Shown in pieces: positions 1 to 12,012 of a stretch of DNA of 64,000 bases (position 1 is the first letter of the stretch; the number at the start of each line of letters is the position of its first letter). Where the stretch lies: assembly GCA_012026655.1 (NCBI GenBank), contig JAAILG010000094.1, positions 62,001-126,000 on the forward strand, given 5' to 3'. Both the position numbers and the translations under genes were made by a program. Source of the stretch: Hydrolagus affinis. Its lineage: Eukaryota. The notes below the pieces were generated by a model, which worked only from the letters and a program-made list of their open reading frames with translations, was not told the DNA's origin and made no database searches.

Positions 1-364
1 CGACCATTTGAACTATCCAGACACGTTATGTTTGAAGAATATCCCTGAAGCAACATGTAAACCAATTCTAACAAAATATCAGCTGAAAAATATACAAACA
101 AAGCAATACATCAAAGACTGTGGATTCAAAATGTTTTTTGTTGACCAGATGACACACCTGTGATTGAAAAATGATAATAGGATTATGTAAATTAAATACA
201 GCAAACCATTCAGCCAATTATATCTATCCTCGTACTTACCACTCCACTGGAAAGATATACACAAATCCCAATTCCTTGATTCTTCCTGGTGCCTTTCATT
301 ATGTTAGCCCTGCTTTGTTGGTTCAACATTTGTTTACCACTAAGTCAAAAGATGGTAGGTTCAG

Positions 365-430
365 AACAACAACAACAACAAAATTACATTTGTAAAGCGC
401 CTTTTGGGTCAGGAGGACATCACAAGTCCC
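365..430 (-). mobile_element. L2 LINE 3' tail-only fragment (tail type B)
   Basis: (AAC)n followed by aaaattacatttgtaaagcgccttt, the reverse complement of the tail seen on L2 copies at 19100-19172 and 21050-21121. Confidence 0.75.
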
Positions 431-459
431 ATTTAAGGGTACAGAACTCATATAGTCTA

Positions 460-640
460 CACTGACATACCAAGGCAGTGCTGGGGTGGGGCTGCATTAT
501 TGGAAGTGTCATCATTTGGAATGACATTAAACTGAGGTCGCTTTTGCTAGTTCGAATGGACATTAAAGATCCCATGGCACTACTGGAAAAGAGAAGGGAG
601 TTTCTCCTGATGTTCTGATCACCCAGATAAAAGTAGTCAT
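460..640 (+). mobile_element. Deu-domain SINE fragment (AmnSINE1/SacSINE1-like core)
   Basis: ttaaactgaggtc...ggacattaaagatcccatggcactactggaaaagagaagggagtttctcctgatgttctg matches the Deu domain motif as I recall it and the copies at 37243-37645 and 53555-53910. Confidence 0.75.
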
Positions 641-1109
641 TCACTTAGAAGATGTGTCCAATTTGACACTGCAGTAAAGTAAAGACTCACACAAATCTTG
701 TACAATTAGTCAAGTTTTATTAAATCAAATTAGTAATGGTTACAAGTAGTTAAATGAATACCACAAAATAATGCTTACTTATCCACGTGCAGTTCTCAAT
801 GATTAAGGTTGTCCAAACCAAATGTTGCGAAAGAAATGGAGGAGTAATATCCAATTTAATGTCCAGTTTAATATCCAACAAAAAATATTCAGGTACTGCT
901 GCACAGCTGCCTGTTCACTCAACAAATAGATATCCAGGTACTGCGGTACTGTTGCTTAGCTTGAGAGCATCGATGAAGTTGTTAACAGTCATCTAAGTCT
1001 TGATTTTTCTTCTTTAGAAGCTGGAATATAGTCCGCGAATCCAAGTTCCAATTCCCTGTCCTTTCCGATTCTCTTCCCGAATCAATGTTTATTTATCCAG
1101 TTGGTAGAT

Positions 1110-1359
1110 AATAATAATAAGTGAATTGACTGTATATTTGTGGGTGATACGCAGCAGCCAATTGCACACAGCTGTCCCCCCCAAACAGTGGTGGATTGAA
1201 ATGATCAATTTTATTATTGTGGGGTTTTTTTTGGACGGATTATTATTAGGCTTGTGGAGTAAGGAAACTTGCCCATGGTTTCGCCCTGACTTGCCTGGAT
1301 TTGTACACAGGTCTCACGCTTGTAAGGCCAGTGTTCTAACCACGGAGCTATAGGACTCC
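1110..1359 (-). mobile_element. tRNA-headed SINE with L2-type tail, internally deleted
   Basis: Reverse strand begins ggagtcctatagctccgtggttagaacac (A-box-like); body aattggtcatttcaatcc...cagtcaattcact is shared with 17531-17848. Confidence 0.8.
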
Positions 1360-1414
1360 ACATGATCTTTCACCTACTCCTTTTACAAGAATGTAAAAGA
1401 TTGTACAAGAATGT

Positions 1415-3882
1415 CTGCTCTTCATGGGCGACTTCACCCTTCACCTAAACTCCCCCTGTACCACCTCTTCTGAATTCACTGCCCTCCTCTCCTCCCTAAA
1501 TCTCACCCTCCACATTGACTCTCCAACGCACAACCGTGGCCGACCTCATCATCACCCATGGACATTTCCAACCTCAGCATTTCGGATAAGGCCATCTCGG
1601 ACCACTTTCTTGTCTCCTTCTCCTCTTCCATCTCTCTTTCCTCCACCAAGCCTTCAACTGTACTTTTCCATTCATGGAAAAGTTTTCCTCCTGAGATCTT
1701 CACAGATGCCCTCACATCCTCTGACCTCCTACCCCTCTGGTCTTCCACCCAGAGCGATCCTGAAGCAGCTGTCCAGCGGCTCCACGAACACCTCTCCTCC
1801 TCCTTCAACTGTCTAGTCCCCTTCAAATCCAGGTCTATCTCCAAACCCACCCACTCCCCTGGTACAACACTCACCTCCGCACCCTCAAATGCCAAACCCG
1901 GGTGCTCGAGCACAAGTGGCAGAAAACCGTCCTCACGGTTCACCACCAACTGTGGCTTGAGCATCTCCACAGCTACCGCCATTCTTTATGTCGAGCAAAA
2001 ACAGCTTACTATTCCAACATCATCCTGGAGGCAAACAACAACCCCAAAGTCCTCTTTTCCACCACTCACCACCTCCTCCATAAACCCACTCAGGCCTCCT
2101 CAATCTTCACTTCAAAAGTAAAATGCGAGGAGGTCATGGACTTCTTTTCCTCCAAAATCCACAATATCCGCCAGGCAGTATCATCCTCCTGCCACTCATC
2201 ACCCACTACCATCCCATCCCATCCCCTCACCCGCCCCGTCATCAGCTCCTACCTCGACCCCCTTCCTACACTCCTTCTCCCCGGTCTCTCTTTCCTCCCT
2301 CTCACGCACTCTCACCTCCATGAAGCCCACCACCTGCTGCCTCGACCCCATCCCCACCAACCTACTGTTCACCCAGTTCCCCTGCCTACTGCTGGCTGAT
2401 ATCATCAACCAGTCCCTCTCCACAGGATCAGTCACTGCCCCCATCAAAACTGCTGCCATCACCCCACTCCTTAAAAAACCCTCCCTAGATCCCTGAAACC
2501 CTAGCCACTACTGCCCTTTCTTCCAAAAGCCCTGGAACGCGTTGTTGCAAACCAATTCCACACCCATCTCTCCTCCCATTCCCTCCTCGAACCCCTCCAG
2601 TCCAGTTTCCTCCCTGCCCATAATACAGACACTGCAATTGTGAAAGTCACAAACGACGTCCTCTCTATTTGTGACCAGGGCTCCCTCTGCTTCCTTATCC
2701 TCCTGGACCTGTCCGCTGCATTCGACACAGTCGACCATGCCATCCTCCTCCTCCGCCCGTCCTCCATTATCCACCTCAGAGGAACCGCATTCACCTGGTT
2801 TGAATCCGATCTCACAAACCGCCAGCAGTATATCTCCAAAAACGGCTTTTCCTCCCGCTCTTACCCAGTTACCTGTAGGATATCCCAGGGATCCATCCTT
2901 GGCCCCCTCCTCTTCCTCATCTATATGCTCCCTCTTGGGGATGTCATCCGCCCACATGGGGCACACTTCCACATGTACGCGGATGACACCCAATTCTATT
3001 TCTCCACTTCACTTTGAAACCCCCAGTCCCCTGATGTTCTGTCAGCCTGCCTTTCAGACATCAGGAGCTGAATGAGCACAAATTTCTTGCAGCTGAATGT
3101 TGACTAGACGAAGGCCATACTCTTTGGCTCTCATCAATGTCTCCATTCGCACGGCTCTCACCACCTCCACCTTCCCAACCTGTCCCTAAAACTCTCCGAA
3201 TCTGTGCACAACCTAGGCATCAGGTTTGACCCCCAACTGTCCTTCCTACCCCACCAGGGGGGGACTTTCGCTCCCTCACCAGCACCGCCTTCTACCACCT
3301 CCGACGGATCGCTCATCTCCGGCGATAACTCACCCCAAAAGCTGCTGAAACCTTGGTCCATACCTTTGTCACCTCTCAGCTGGACTATTGCAACGCCCTC
3401 CTCGCCACCACAATCCACAAAATCCAGTTAATTCAAAACTCTGCCGCCTGCATACTCATCCGCTCCAAGCTTCGCTCCCCCATTACCCTAATCCTTACCA
3501 GACTTCACTGGCTCCCTGTCCCTGAGAGGATCGATTTCAAGATCCTCACCCTTGTTTTCAAGTCCTTCCACTCCTCTGCACCCCCCTAACCTCTCTGATC
3601 TCCTCTCTCCCCAAACCACTCCCGCTGCCTTCGCTCCACTGGGTCTGGCCTTCTCCATGTCCCCCGAATCCTCCGCTCCAACCTTGGTGGCCATGCCCCA
3701 AGGCTCTGGAACTCCCTTCCTCACTCCCAGTTTCAGGTCACAGTTAAAGACCTTTCTCTTCGACCGCGCCTTTGGTCATCTTTTTACCCCTGCCTCTGGC
3801 TCAGTACCGGGATCTGCTATTGTGAAGCGCTCTGAGATGCCATCCAGCGTGGAGGGCGCTTTATAAATCAAAGTTGTTGTTT
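1415..3882 (+). mobile_element. 5'-truncated, frameshifted L2-clade LINE (endonuclease C-terminal part, reverse transcriptase, 3' tail type A)
   Basis: MGDFTLH (APE GDFN-like motif, 1424); RT motifs LLDLSAAFDTVDH, SQGSILGPLLFLIY, YADD (2976-2987); C-terminal LDYCNALL...[15 protein letters not shown]; tail ending gttgttgtt; multiple stops and frameshifts; ttttacaaga at 1381-1390 and 3880-3889 as candidate TSD. Confidence 0.95.
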
Positions 3883-4779
3883 TACAAGATGGTTTCTTTG
3901 TCTGTAGTTTTTACTCTGGAAGAAAATTAAGTGAACCCCAACTCTCCTCAAGCTACTTTGCGGAGATAGAGATATAGATAACTTTTGGGCAGCCTTCCAC
4001 GGCCTGTTTGTTTTTCAACCTTGAGATAGGCAGGTGTCTGAGGCTGTAGCCTTTTCTTTCTGTGGTCCATTGTTCATACATCTATGCTGAATGACCCAAT
4101 AGCTCATTATCTTTGAAGCTGACCTCAATCGATCCAGTAAAGTTACTTTTAACCCGTGCTAAACTAGTCATTATTAAAGGATTATGAAAACGTTACATTC
4201 TAAATGTATATGCAGATTAATAAAAAAGTATTTCACAAATATACGTTCAGATAATATCCAATACATTAATTACAGAATCCTTACACACTTCATGGCTGTT
4301 TGTGAGACGTTACCTCATGCAAATTGCTGATGTATTCATCTACAACATACACAGTCACCACACTTTACAGTAAAAATCCAGCAAAGGAATTAAAGAACAT
4401 CTACAAATGACATGAGCAATGATTTGTCATACCAAGTGCATGGATTATTAGCACAATTCATAATATATAGGAGTGCATAAAAATAAACATTTTGGAGAAA
4501 CAATAACAGTTTAATAGAGATATAGGAGTTGTATACCAGGGGATCTTTGTGCTTTGGGATGAAAGGAACAAATGGCATTTCTTCAATTTTTAGTGCATTT
4601 GGTTAATACATTTTATGAGTGTGGGTTCACCTTGTGTAATCTCAATAAAGCTACATGAACAGAGATTGTTTGTAATCTTCACACTTGCAATTCCCCATTC
4701 ACGACCCAGAAAAATTGGAAAGTGACAGATGTAAAATACTGCAATGACTGTGACCAATGGCAAATAAATTTTGAGCATG

Positions 4780-5182
4780 TGAAATAAGGGGCTTATTCCG
4801 CATCATTTTTCCCACTAAATATAGTGTCAATTAAGTTTACGTTATATTCTGTGAAACTCTTTCAGACATCTTGAAGACATGATAAACCACTACATATATC
4901 AAATACAATAATTATATTATTGGAGTCCTGTACCTCATTGGATAGAGCATTTATCTTGCAAGTGAGAGAACTGGGTTCGATATCAAATGCCACTATATCA
5001 AATGCAAGGATTATTATTGTACACTATATAGAAATTAAAGCTTTTCTTCAATTTTTTTCATGTTTGAAAATGCAATACTAAAAATCAAAAACAACACCCC
5101 AAATAATACACACTCATCCACTTTACAATATATCATGTGAAGTGTTTTGAATTGTCTCAAGGATGCAGATATTATTATTATT
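4780..5182 (+). mobile_element. Cluster of SINE fragments (tail, head fused to tail, tail)
   Basis: Three ...tcaaatgcaaggattattatt-type tails and a tRNA-like head ggagtcctgtacctcattggatagagc at 4922. Confidence 0.75.
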
Positions 5183-7166
5183 GCTACATTATCAATACAT
5201 CCTCTCAAGGGAATAAATTGCATATGACTGTTTTCATGACCTTCAAATACTTTAGATATTTTACAAAGCTAATCATAATTAATCCTTAAACAAATGAAAA
5301 TTATGATCTTTATCTTGTGGTACTGTGGAGATATGCTACCTGTAATTTACAGAGTACTAAATATTTTAAATGTTTATTCAATATATTGGGAAATATGCTG
5401 AAGAAATACAAACCCAGCCCATGCACCTTTTAAATCGAACCCATGGCACCTTAAATGTATTAACTGTCGGTGTAAATGGGCAATAAATATGCTAAATATT
5501 CAGTATTATAATATTGCACTGCATATGCTTGGAAATTCATAGCCAATAAATTCTATGTATTCATATTAATTTTATATTGATTCCTGAATATATTTAGAAA
5601 ATATTTAGGAATGTAATTCAAGGGAAATGCTTTTAAATATGCATTTCAATTAAATTCAGTCCCCACTGACATTTAAGCAATGGATGATTGGAATAACAAG
5701 CTAAACCTGCCCTCACATATGGATTTCAATAGAACATCTTGTATGATACAGACTCCACTGAAGAAAGCCAGTGTAACAGGATGTCAGTTACACTTCTCAA
5801 TCCATTTGTCTCAGAACTTGTAAAGGTCTGACCTCTGTTGTATGAGCAATGAAGCCTAGAACAGTGCAACAAACAGAACACATGTCCAGTTTGATAAACT
5901 GTGTAGAGCATATTATGCTGTTTCAACTGCATTGTGAATATATTTTGACAAAGAACACTGCAATGCTAATATGTTCCAATAATTGTAGATGATGGGTATA
6001 TTTACAAAATGAATCTACTTTGGTTTTGTGAAATATATGAGGCTGGAACACAGGCCCGTAAAACATGAGAAGCTGTGATGTAGAAGCTCATAACATACAA
6101 GACGTAACAGAACATCACAAAATATAAGACGTGACATAGAACCTTGCAGCATATGTGTCCATGACACTAAAATGCTGTTATGTACGAGCTCAGATGATGG
6201 AAGGATCTAAGGGAAGATCTCAAATGATACTCGATCATTTTGGACAGAGAATTGCAGAAGAATTCATCATTCCTTCTCCTAATCAAGTCTTTTAAATGTA
6301 TCAAACACATTGCAAAGATGGGAATATCTGCATAAACATGTAGTTTCTGCAATGGCTCTGACAGGCACAATTCATCCATAATGATGCTCTTTGAGGCTAA
6401 CTCTTGTCTGGCTCTCTCCCCATCATCAGTGGTATTTATTAAGCAATAGCCCATATGTTGCATGTCCTGAGATTTAGTCTATTCTGCAATTATTCTGCAT
6501 TTGGTTAATTCATTCAAACTAACGTACATGAGGTGCTGCAATAATAAAAATATAAATCCAAATCAATGACAAATGTACTTAGTAATTATACTTTTAGATT
6601 GGTATCTGCATTAATAAAGATGGTGCCAATCGCATTGGTTCCAATTAAGTATGGAAGAAACTACTTGCCAAGCAATTTTAGAAAGGTATTAACATAAAAT
6701 CATGTCAAAATCATATTAACTAGAAATGGGCATGCCTAACACAACATTTGGGTCTGTATATATCAATCATTAGAATTTCATTCTGCGCTATTATATTTTA
6801 TAATAAAGTGCTGTACTTTATAATGACATTTACATTTTAAGTGATCAACTCATATTGGGACAGTCATGGTTCCTGGCTGTGATTCAGGATGCATAACTGA
6901 TAATAATAACCCTTGCATTTGATACGGCGCCTTTTCACATCTTCAAGACGTCTCAAAGTGTCTTAACTGATGATGAAGTGTATAACTTGATGATAAACAG
7001 CATTGAATATCCAATGGCAGCAATTATTCTTTGCTTTCTCAGTCAGTGGGAGCAAGAATTCTTCTCTTCAGCTCATGGTGACCCTACAAGGCAAATACAA
7101 ATCCTAAAAGACAAAGCTCTCAAGGATAGGATGGTCCTAGCTGGACAAGCAGCAGAAAACCTGTCA

Positions 7167-7686
7167 AAAAAAAACACACAAAATACTACAGATGCTGGGA
7201 ATATGAAACAAAAACAAAAGTTGGTGGGGAAACTCAGCAGGTCAAGCAGCATCCATGGAGAAAGGAAAAAGAATCAACCTTTCGGGTCTACAACTCTTTG
7301 TCAGAACTGGGGCTTGTTTGGAGGGAGAGGTTTCTTAAGGAGGTTAAAGAGGCAGGACTTGGAAGACAAAGGAGAAAAAGAAGACAAAGGAAAAAGAAAA
7401 AAAAGAGTGTGTTAACTGATGGGTTGAATATGTGTTAACGACTTCAGGGGGAGAAACAGAAGGGGGTGGGTTTAAACGAAACTGGGGAGAAGAGATGTTT
7501 AGTGGTGATAGAATAAACAAAGCACCAGAGAGGTAAGGGGTGTCTGGAGTTATGATTGTGATGGGGGGAGGGTGGTGGCGGGGGGAAACTCCTATGGCCT
7601 GAAATGGCTGAAATCAATGTTGAGGCCAGACGGCTGTAGTGTCCCCAGTAGATAGATGAGGTGCTGTTCCTCAAGCTTTCGCTGTG
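7167..7686 (-). mobile_element. Penelope-like element 3' fragment (GIY-YIG endonuclease C-terminus plus pLTR/3' UTR) with 15-bp TSD
   Basis: Minus strand encodes QRKLEEQHLIYLLGTLQPSGLNIDFSHFRP* (stop 7592-7594), a typical PLE ORF end; pLTR-type gatgctgcttgacctgctgag...ccagcatctgtagtatttt; gcagaaaacctgtca duplicated at 7152-7166 and 7687-7701. Confidence 0.9.
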
Positions 7687-8649
7687 GCAGAAAACCTGTC
7701 AGTCATTTGGGTAAAATGCAGTTCAAGTCATCTGGTTTGGGTACTCTTATGGATGGTGATGGTTATCAGGTCAAACATCTGATAACCATCCACAAAGAAT
7801 ACTTGACCACCAAGGAAAAACAATAACTGAAATCAAGTTAAAAGGGCACAGTTTTTGGAGGGGGAAGGGTCCACTATGGAATGAGGAAGAGGAAGCTTAT
7901 GCTTCACGTAAATAGAAAATGTCTGTGGAGAAAAAAGACTAGATCCATAACAAAGAAACAGAATCATTCAGCTGCTCTATCTATCACCTGCAGCACAAAC
8001 CTTTGTCCCATTGGCATCACCAGTGCTAACGCTTTCACAGGAGATAGCATAAGAACAAATATCGGTCCAATACGCATTGCTAAGTGGCAGTACAATATTG
8101 CTGCACACCAGTGCTATCATTGTGCGCACCTGTTTGCAAATAAAAGGGCAAATGGCTTCCTTACAAGATGTTCAAACCGGTGTGACCGCCATGAATATTT
8201 GGGTAGTTAACGACTTCAATAAGAACCTGTACACATTTGAATATTGCTAGCTCATATTTAAAAATAACGAACAGCATTATGTGTGTGAGTTGTGGGTTTA
8301 AGAATTGGAAAAGCACTTTCAACCTTCAACTGTCCTCCAGACATCACATCAATGTCTGACCCCCATCTTTACAACATTGCCTGCCTCTGACACTGCCTCT
8401 CTCCTCGGGCCGCTGAGACCATTATCTGTGATTTCATTACATCACGACTCAAATCATGGTTCTAGTCATATTGTTCCAATTGGAATTTTTGTGCAAAACT
8501 TTATATTCATATACTATGAATTATATACTATGATATTTCCTACCCGTTTCAGCCTAATGCCAAGGTCAGTAACTGAGCAGCAGAGTATCTCACCAAATGG
8601 AGGTACTTTAACTCCAAACTCAGCAAAACAGAGTGAACAGTGTAACATT

Positions 8650-8910
8650 GATAGCCTTCAGCATCTCTGCCTCCACCCTCTGGAACTCCATCCCACATTC
8701 CCTTTGGCTCACTCCCACATTTGTCTCAAGGCATGCCTCCAATCCCTTCTTTTTGACTATGCCTTTGACCACCCTCCCAGCCCTCCACCCTCCTTAATCT
8801 CAATGCCCCTCACCACAACCCCTGCCCCCATTCGGGTCCTAATCACTGACTGTGCCTTGGGCTCGTCTTCCGGACATTAAAAGCACTTTACAAATGTAAT
8901 TTTGTATTGT
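8650..8910 (+). mobile_element. L2 3' fragment (tail type B)
   Basis: ctctggaactccatccc...ttttgactatgcctttg...gcactttacaaatgtaattttg. Confidence 0.8.
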
Positions 8911-10059
8911 ACTGTACTGTATCTCTTTGATCTTGAATGGGATTACTCATTTATTAACATTTTGTGCATAATTGTTGTATATTTTCTCCTCAGTGCCTTT
9001 GGATGTCTTTGCGATGTGAAAGGCCCTATACAAATGTAAGCATACAAATACAAATATAAACATTGATGTTGTTTATACTGTTTGTTTATACTGAGATTGC
9101 CTATGTATATTTTGAATAAGATTTTCCCACTGTTAGCTCTTGAGTTTTATTTGGATTTAAGGCCACCTCCCAGAGCTTGAATAACATTGTGCTAAGAGCA
9201 CTGTACCACACAGTGTTATATGAATCCACAATCTTTAATATGAACATCTATTAATATGGATGACAAATCAAAAACAAACCACTGCCCAAAATGATATAAA
9301 TTCTTCCTGTAAGTCCATGAAAAATGCATGCATTTTTGTGGCTTGCCTTAGCCAAGCATCACTCAAAGTTCATTAAGTAATTTGTGTGCAACATTTGATT
9401 AATGAATACAAGTTGGCATGAAGTGGAATTCATGCAAAAACGATACCCATTTATAGATGATCATTTCGAGTAAAATCAATTGCTACAGTTATTCTTGAAC
9501 TATATGTACGTGCCGGAAATAAATTGAAAGCTTGGGAAAGAAAAGTTAATCGAGGAATCAGAGAACAGGTTTAGATTTGGTTGGTGAACATTTTGGCAAA
9601 TCAAACATACGAGAAGTCAATCCTATCATCATAATCTGAATACATTGTAGATCACATCTGTGAAGCACTTTGCGACATCCAGGAGATGTGAAAAGTGTTA
9701 TATCAAGTGCAAGGATTATTACTATTTATTTTTAGAATTATTTAGCAGATCTGAATCACATTTACTGTGCATATTTGAATACACACATTTACTATAATTA
9801 TTTTATTATATAAAGCCCATAAATAATATGTCACCTGCATCTCACCACACGTAGATTTATTTTCCACATTTAGATGTGGACCCAAAGAAAGAGGGGTTTG
9901 GCTTGTGGGGTGAAAGTAACCTTTGGACATGGTACAATAGAACCACCCTACCTTCAAATCTTCTGCTAAGGGTAGAACTTTATTGGAAGGTTTTGTGAGG
10001 TAGCTGAAACTCTAAGGCTATGTGCATAACCTAAATCCCCATTCAGCCCATTGAGCTAA

Positions 10060-10120
10060 TCCTAGTGATAGAATTGGCTCAATAGGCTGAATGGCCTCTA
10101 CCTTGCTCTTTTGTGATATG
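10060..10120 (+). mobile_element. CR1 3' UTR fragment
   Basis: ggctcaataggctgaatggcctc...gatatgat resembles the CR1 3' hairpin and tail. Confidence 0.55.
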
Positions 10121-10139
10121 ATAACAAATATATCATCCT

Positions 10140-10480
10140 GGCTTAGTTGGTAGCTTCTTATCTCTGTGTCAGAGGATTATGGGTCCATAGCCCCTCATCA
10201 GGACGTTGTGCTCACAGATAGAACAAAATACCAGGGCAGAGCTGGATTACATAGGAATATCCTACCGATTTGAAAGGCATTCTATAAATGTAATTTTATT
10301 GTTGTTGTTGTCAAGTAGCATTGGATTATCATATGATATACCTGTTCACATACTCATGGCACTTTTGAAATGAGAATGGAGATTCTCCTGGTGTTCTGAC
10401 AAACAGATATAATCTGTTCTTCTCTTCATGGCTCTTTGTATGACATTGCTGGGCCACGTTTGCCCCAAATACGAAGTAAT
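10140..10480 (+). mobile_element. Decayed Deu-domain SINE interrupted by an L2 type B tail (about 10260-10312)
   Basis: Head ggcttagttggtagc...; Deu motif catggcacttttgaaatgagaatggagattctcctggtgttctg; embedded gaaaggcattctataaatgtaattttattgttgttgttg. Confidence 0.6.
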
Positions 10481-11094
10481 TGATCTTGACAGCAATTCTG
10501 TCTAAAGTGATCTCAGACAGCGATTAAAGTTCAAGATGAAAAAGAACTTGGAGAGGCTGGCGAGGAAAACCTCTATGGTAGGAGGTTTGAAAGTCAACCT
10601 GTCCGTTGTACACTGACAACAGGCAGAGTTAGCGGCTTATTTTCAGGACAGTTCCCTTCTTTCATCTGAAGGCGTCTTGAGATCAAGGGAAGCCTGCAGG
10701 GCAGCGTGAACTTGATTGACAAGAATTGTCACACTGACTCACCACACTTGTCTGAAGTAGCAGTGTTTAAAGTGTGCTCCTAAGCACATATTTAATACCA
10801 GATGACACTGACACAGATGCCAATAGGTCAGAGCTGCAACTTGAAGTTACCAGTGTAACTTCAGATAGTGCAGGGAAAAATACTCAAGCTAAATCCTGGA
10901 CTGCACCAAGAGACTTTAAAATAATAATAATAACTATAATAATTTTTATATTTGATATAGTGCTCTATCACATCATTGAGATGTCTCAAAGTGCTTCACA
11001 GAATATATTGTAAAATGGATTCACTATTTACTTGTGTTAAAACTGAGGAAATAATCTGTTTCTATTAAATAGCAATGTCAAATTGTGCAGCATT

Positions 11095-12012
11095 CCTCAG
11101 GGCTCTGCCCTTGGTCCTTTTCAATATCTATAAGCTCCCTCTTGGTGAAATTATCTGCAGACATGGGGTCAACTTCCACATTTATGTGGTGACACCTAAC
11201 TCTATCTCTTTCCCTCCACCCTTGACCAGAGCCACTGCTGTCCTGAAAGAATATCTGTCAGACATCAAATCCTGGATGAGAGCTAACTTTCTTCAGCTGA
11301 ACGTCAACAAGACCCAGGTCCTCCTGATTGGCTCCCGTCAGCATCTTCGCACCTCAGGTGCTGACAGCATCACCTTCCATTGATGCACATTCCATCTCAC
11401 TACACCAGTCTGGAACCTTGTTGTCTTGTTCGACCATCAACTATCCATTCCAGTACATATCTGTGCCATGACCTGTTCTGCCTTCCCCCACTCCCCAACA
11501 TCACCCAACTCTACCACTGTCTCAAATCACAGGTCGCTGAAACCCTCATCCAGGCATTCATAACATCCAGGCTTGACCATGCAAGCTCCCAGCTTGTTGG
11601 CCTCCTAAACTATTCCCTCCATTGGCTGCAAATCATCCAGAACTCTGCAGCCTGTGTGCTTCCCCACACCAGGATCCATGTTCACCCGACTCCACTGGTT
11701 TCCCATCCCACAGAGGATACCGTTCACAATCTTGGTTCTCAGCTTCAAAGCTCTCCATAGCCTTACTCCGCCCTACCTCTGTGACCTCTTAACCCGCTAC
11801 CAACCAGTCTGCTCCCTCCGCTCAGCGGGTCTGGCCTGCTTCACATCCCGTGCCTTGCTTGCCCCACCATTGTGCAACCTGGCCTCCATCCTCCCCGATC
11901 CCGACTACCAGCTCGGGTCTAAAACACTGGTTGCCCAGCACCTTGGGACGTCCTCTCAAAGTGAAAGGCACTATACAAATGTAATTTTTTGTTGTTGTTT
12001 TGTTTTTGTTGT
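11095..12012 (+). mobile_element. L2 LINE fragment (RT C-terminal half to tail type B), frameshifted
   Basis: LPLGEIICRHGVNFHIY, LSDIKSWMRANFLQLNVNKTQVLLIGS, LIQAFITSRLD, LHWFPIPQRIPFTIL; tail gaaaggcactatacaaatgtaatttt(ttg)n. Confidence 0.92.

Noticed and set aside
1424-3866. Cluster of the longest ORFs (100-187 aa) as host genes
   Set aside because: All are frameshifted pieces or antisense shadows of one dead L2 ORF2
6978-7415. 145-aa Lys-rich ORF
   Set aside because: Reads through the antisense, purine-rich strand of the Penelope pLTR
7881-8210. 109-aa Cys-containing ORF and an antisense signal-peptide-like frame
   Set aside because: No recognisable domain; the implied upstream minus-strand intron would be only about 35 nt; possibly an old repeat remnant
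8305-8880. 191-aa ORF, the longest in the track
   Set aside because: Non-ATG start, low-information composition, and its last third is L2 3' sequence
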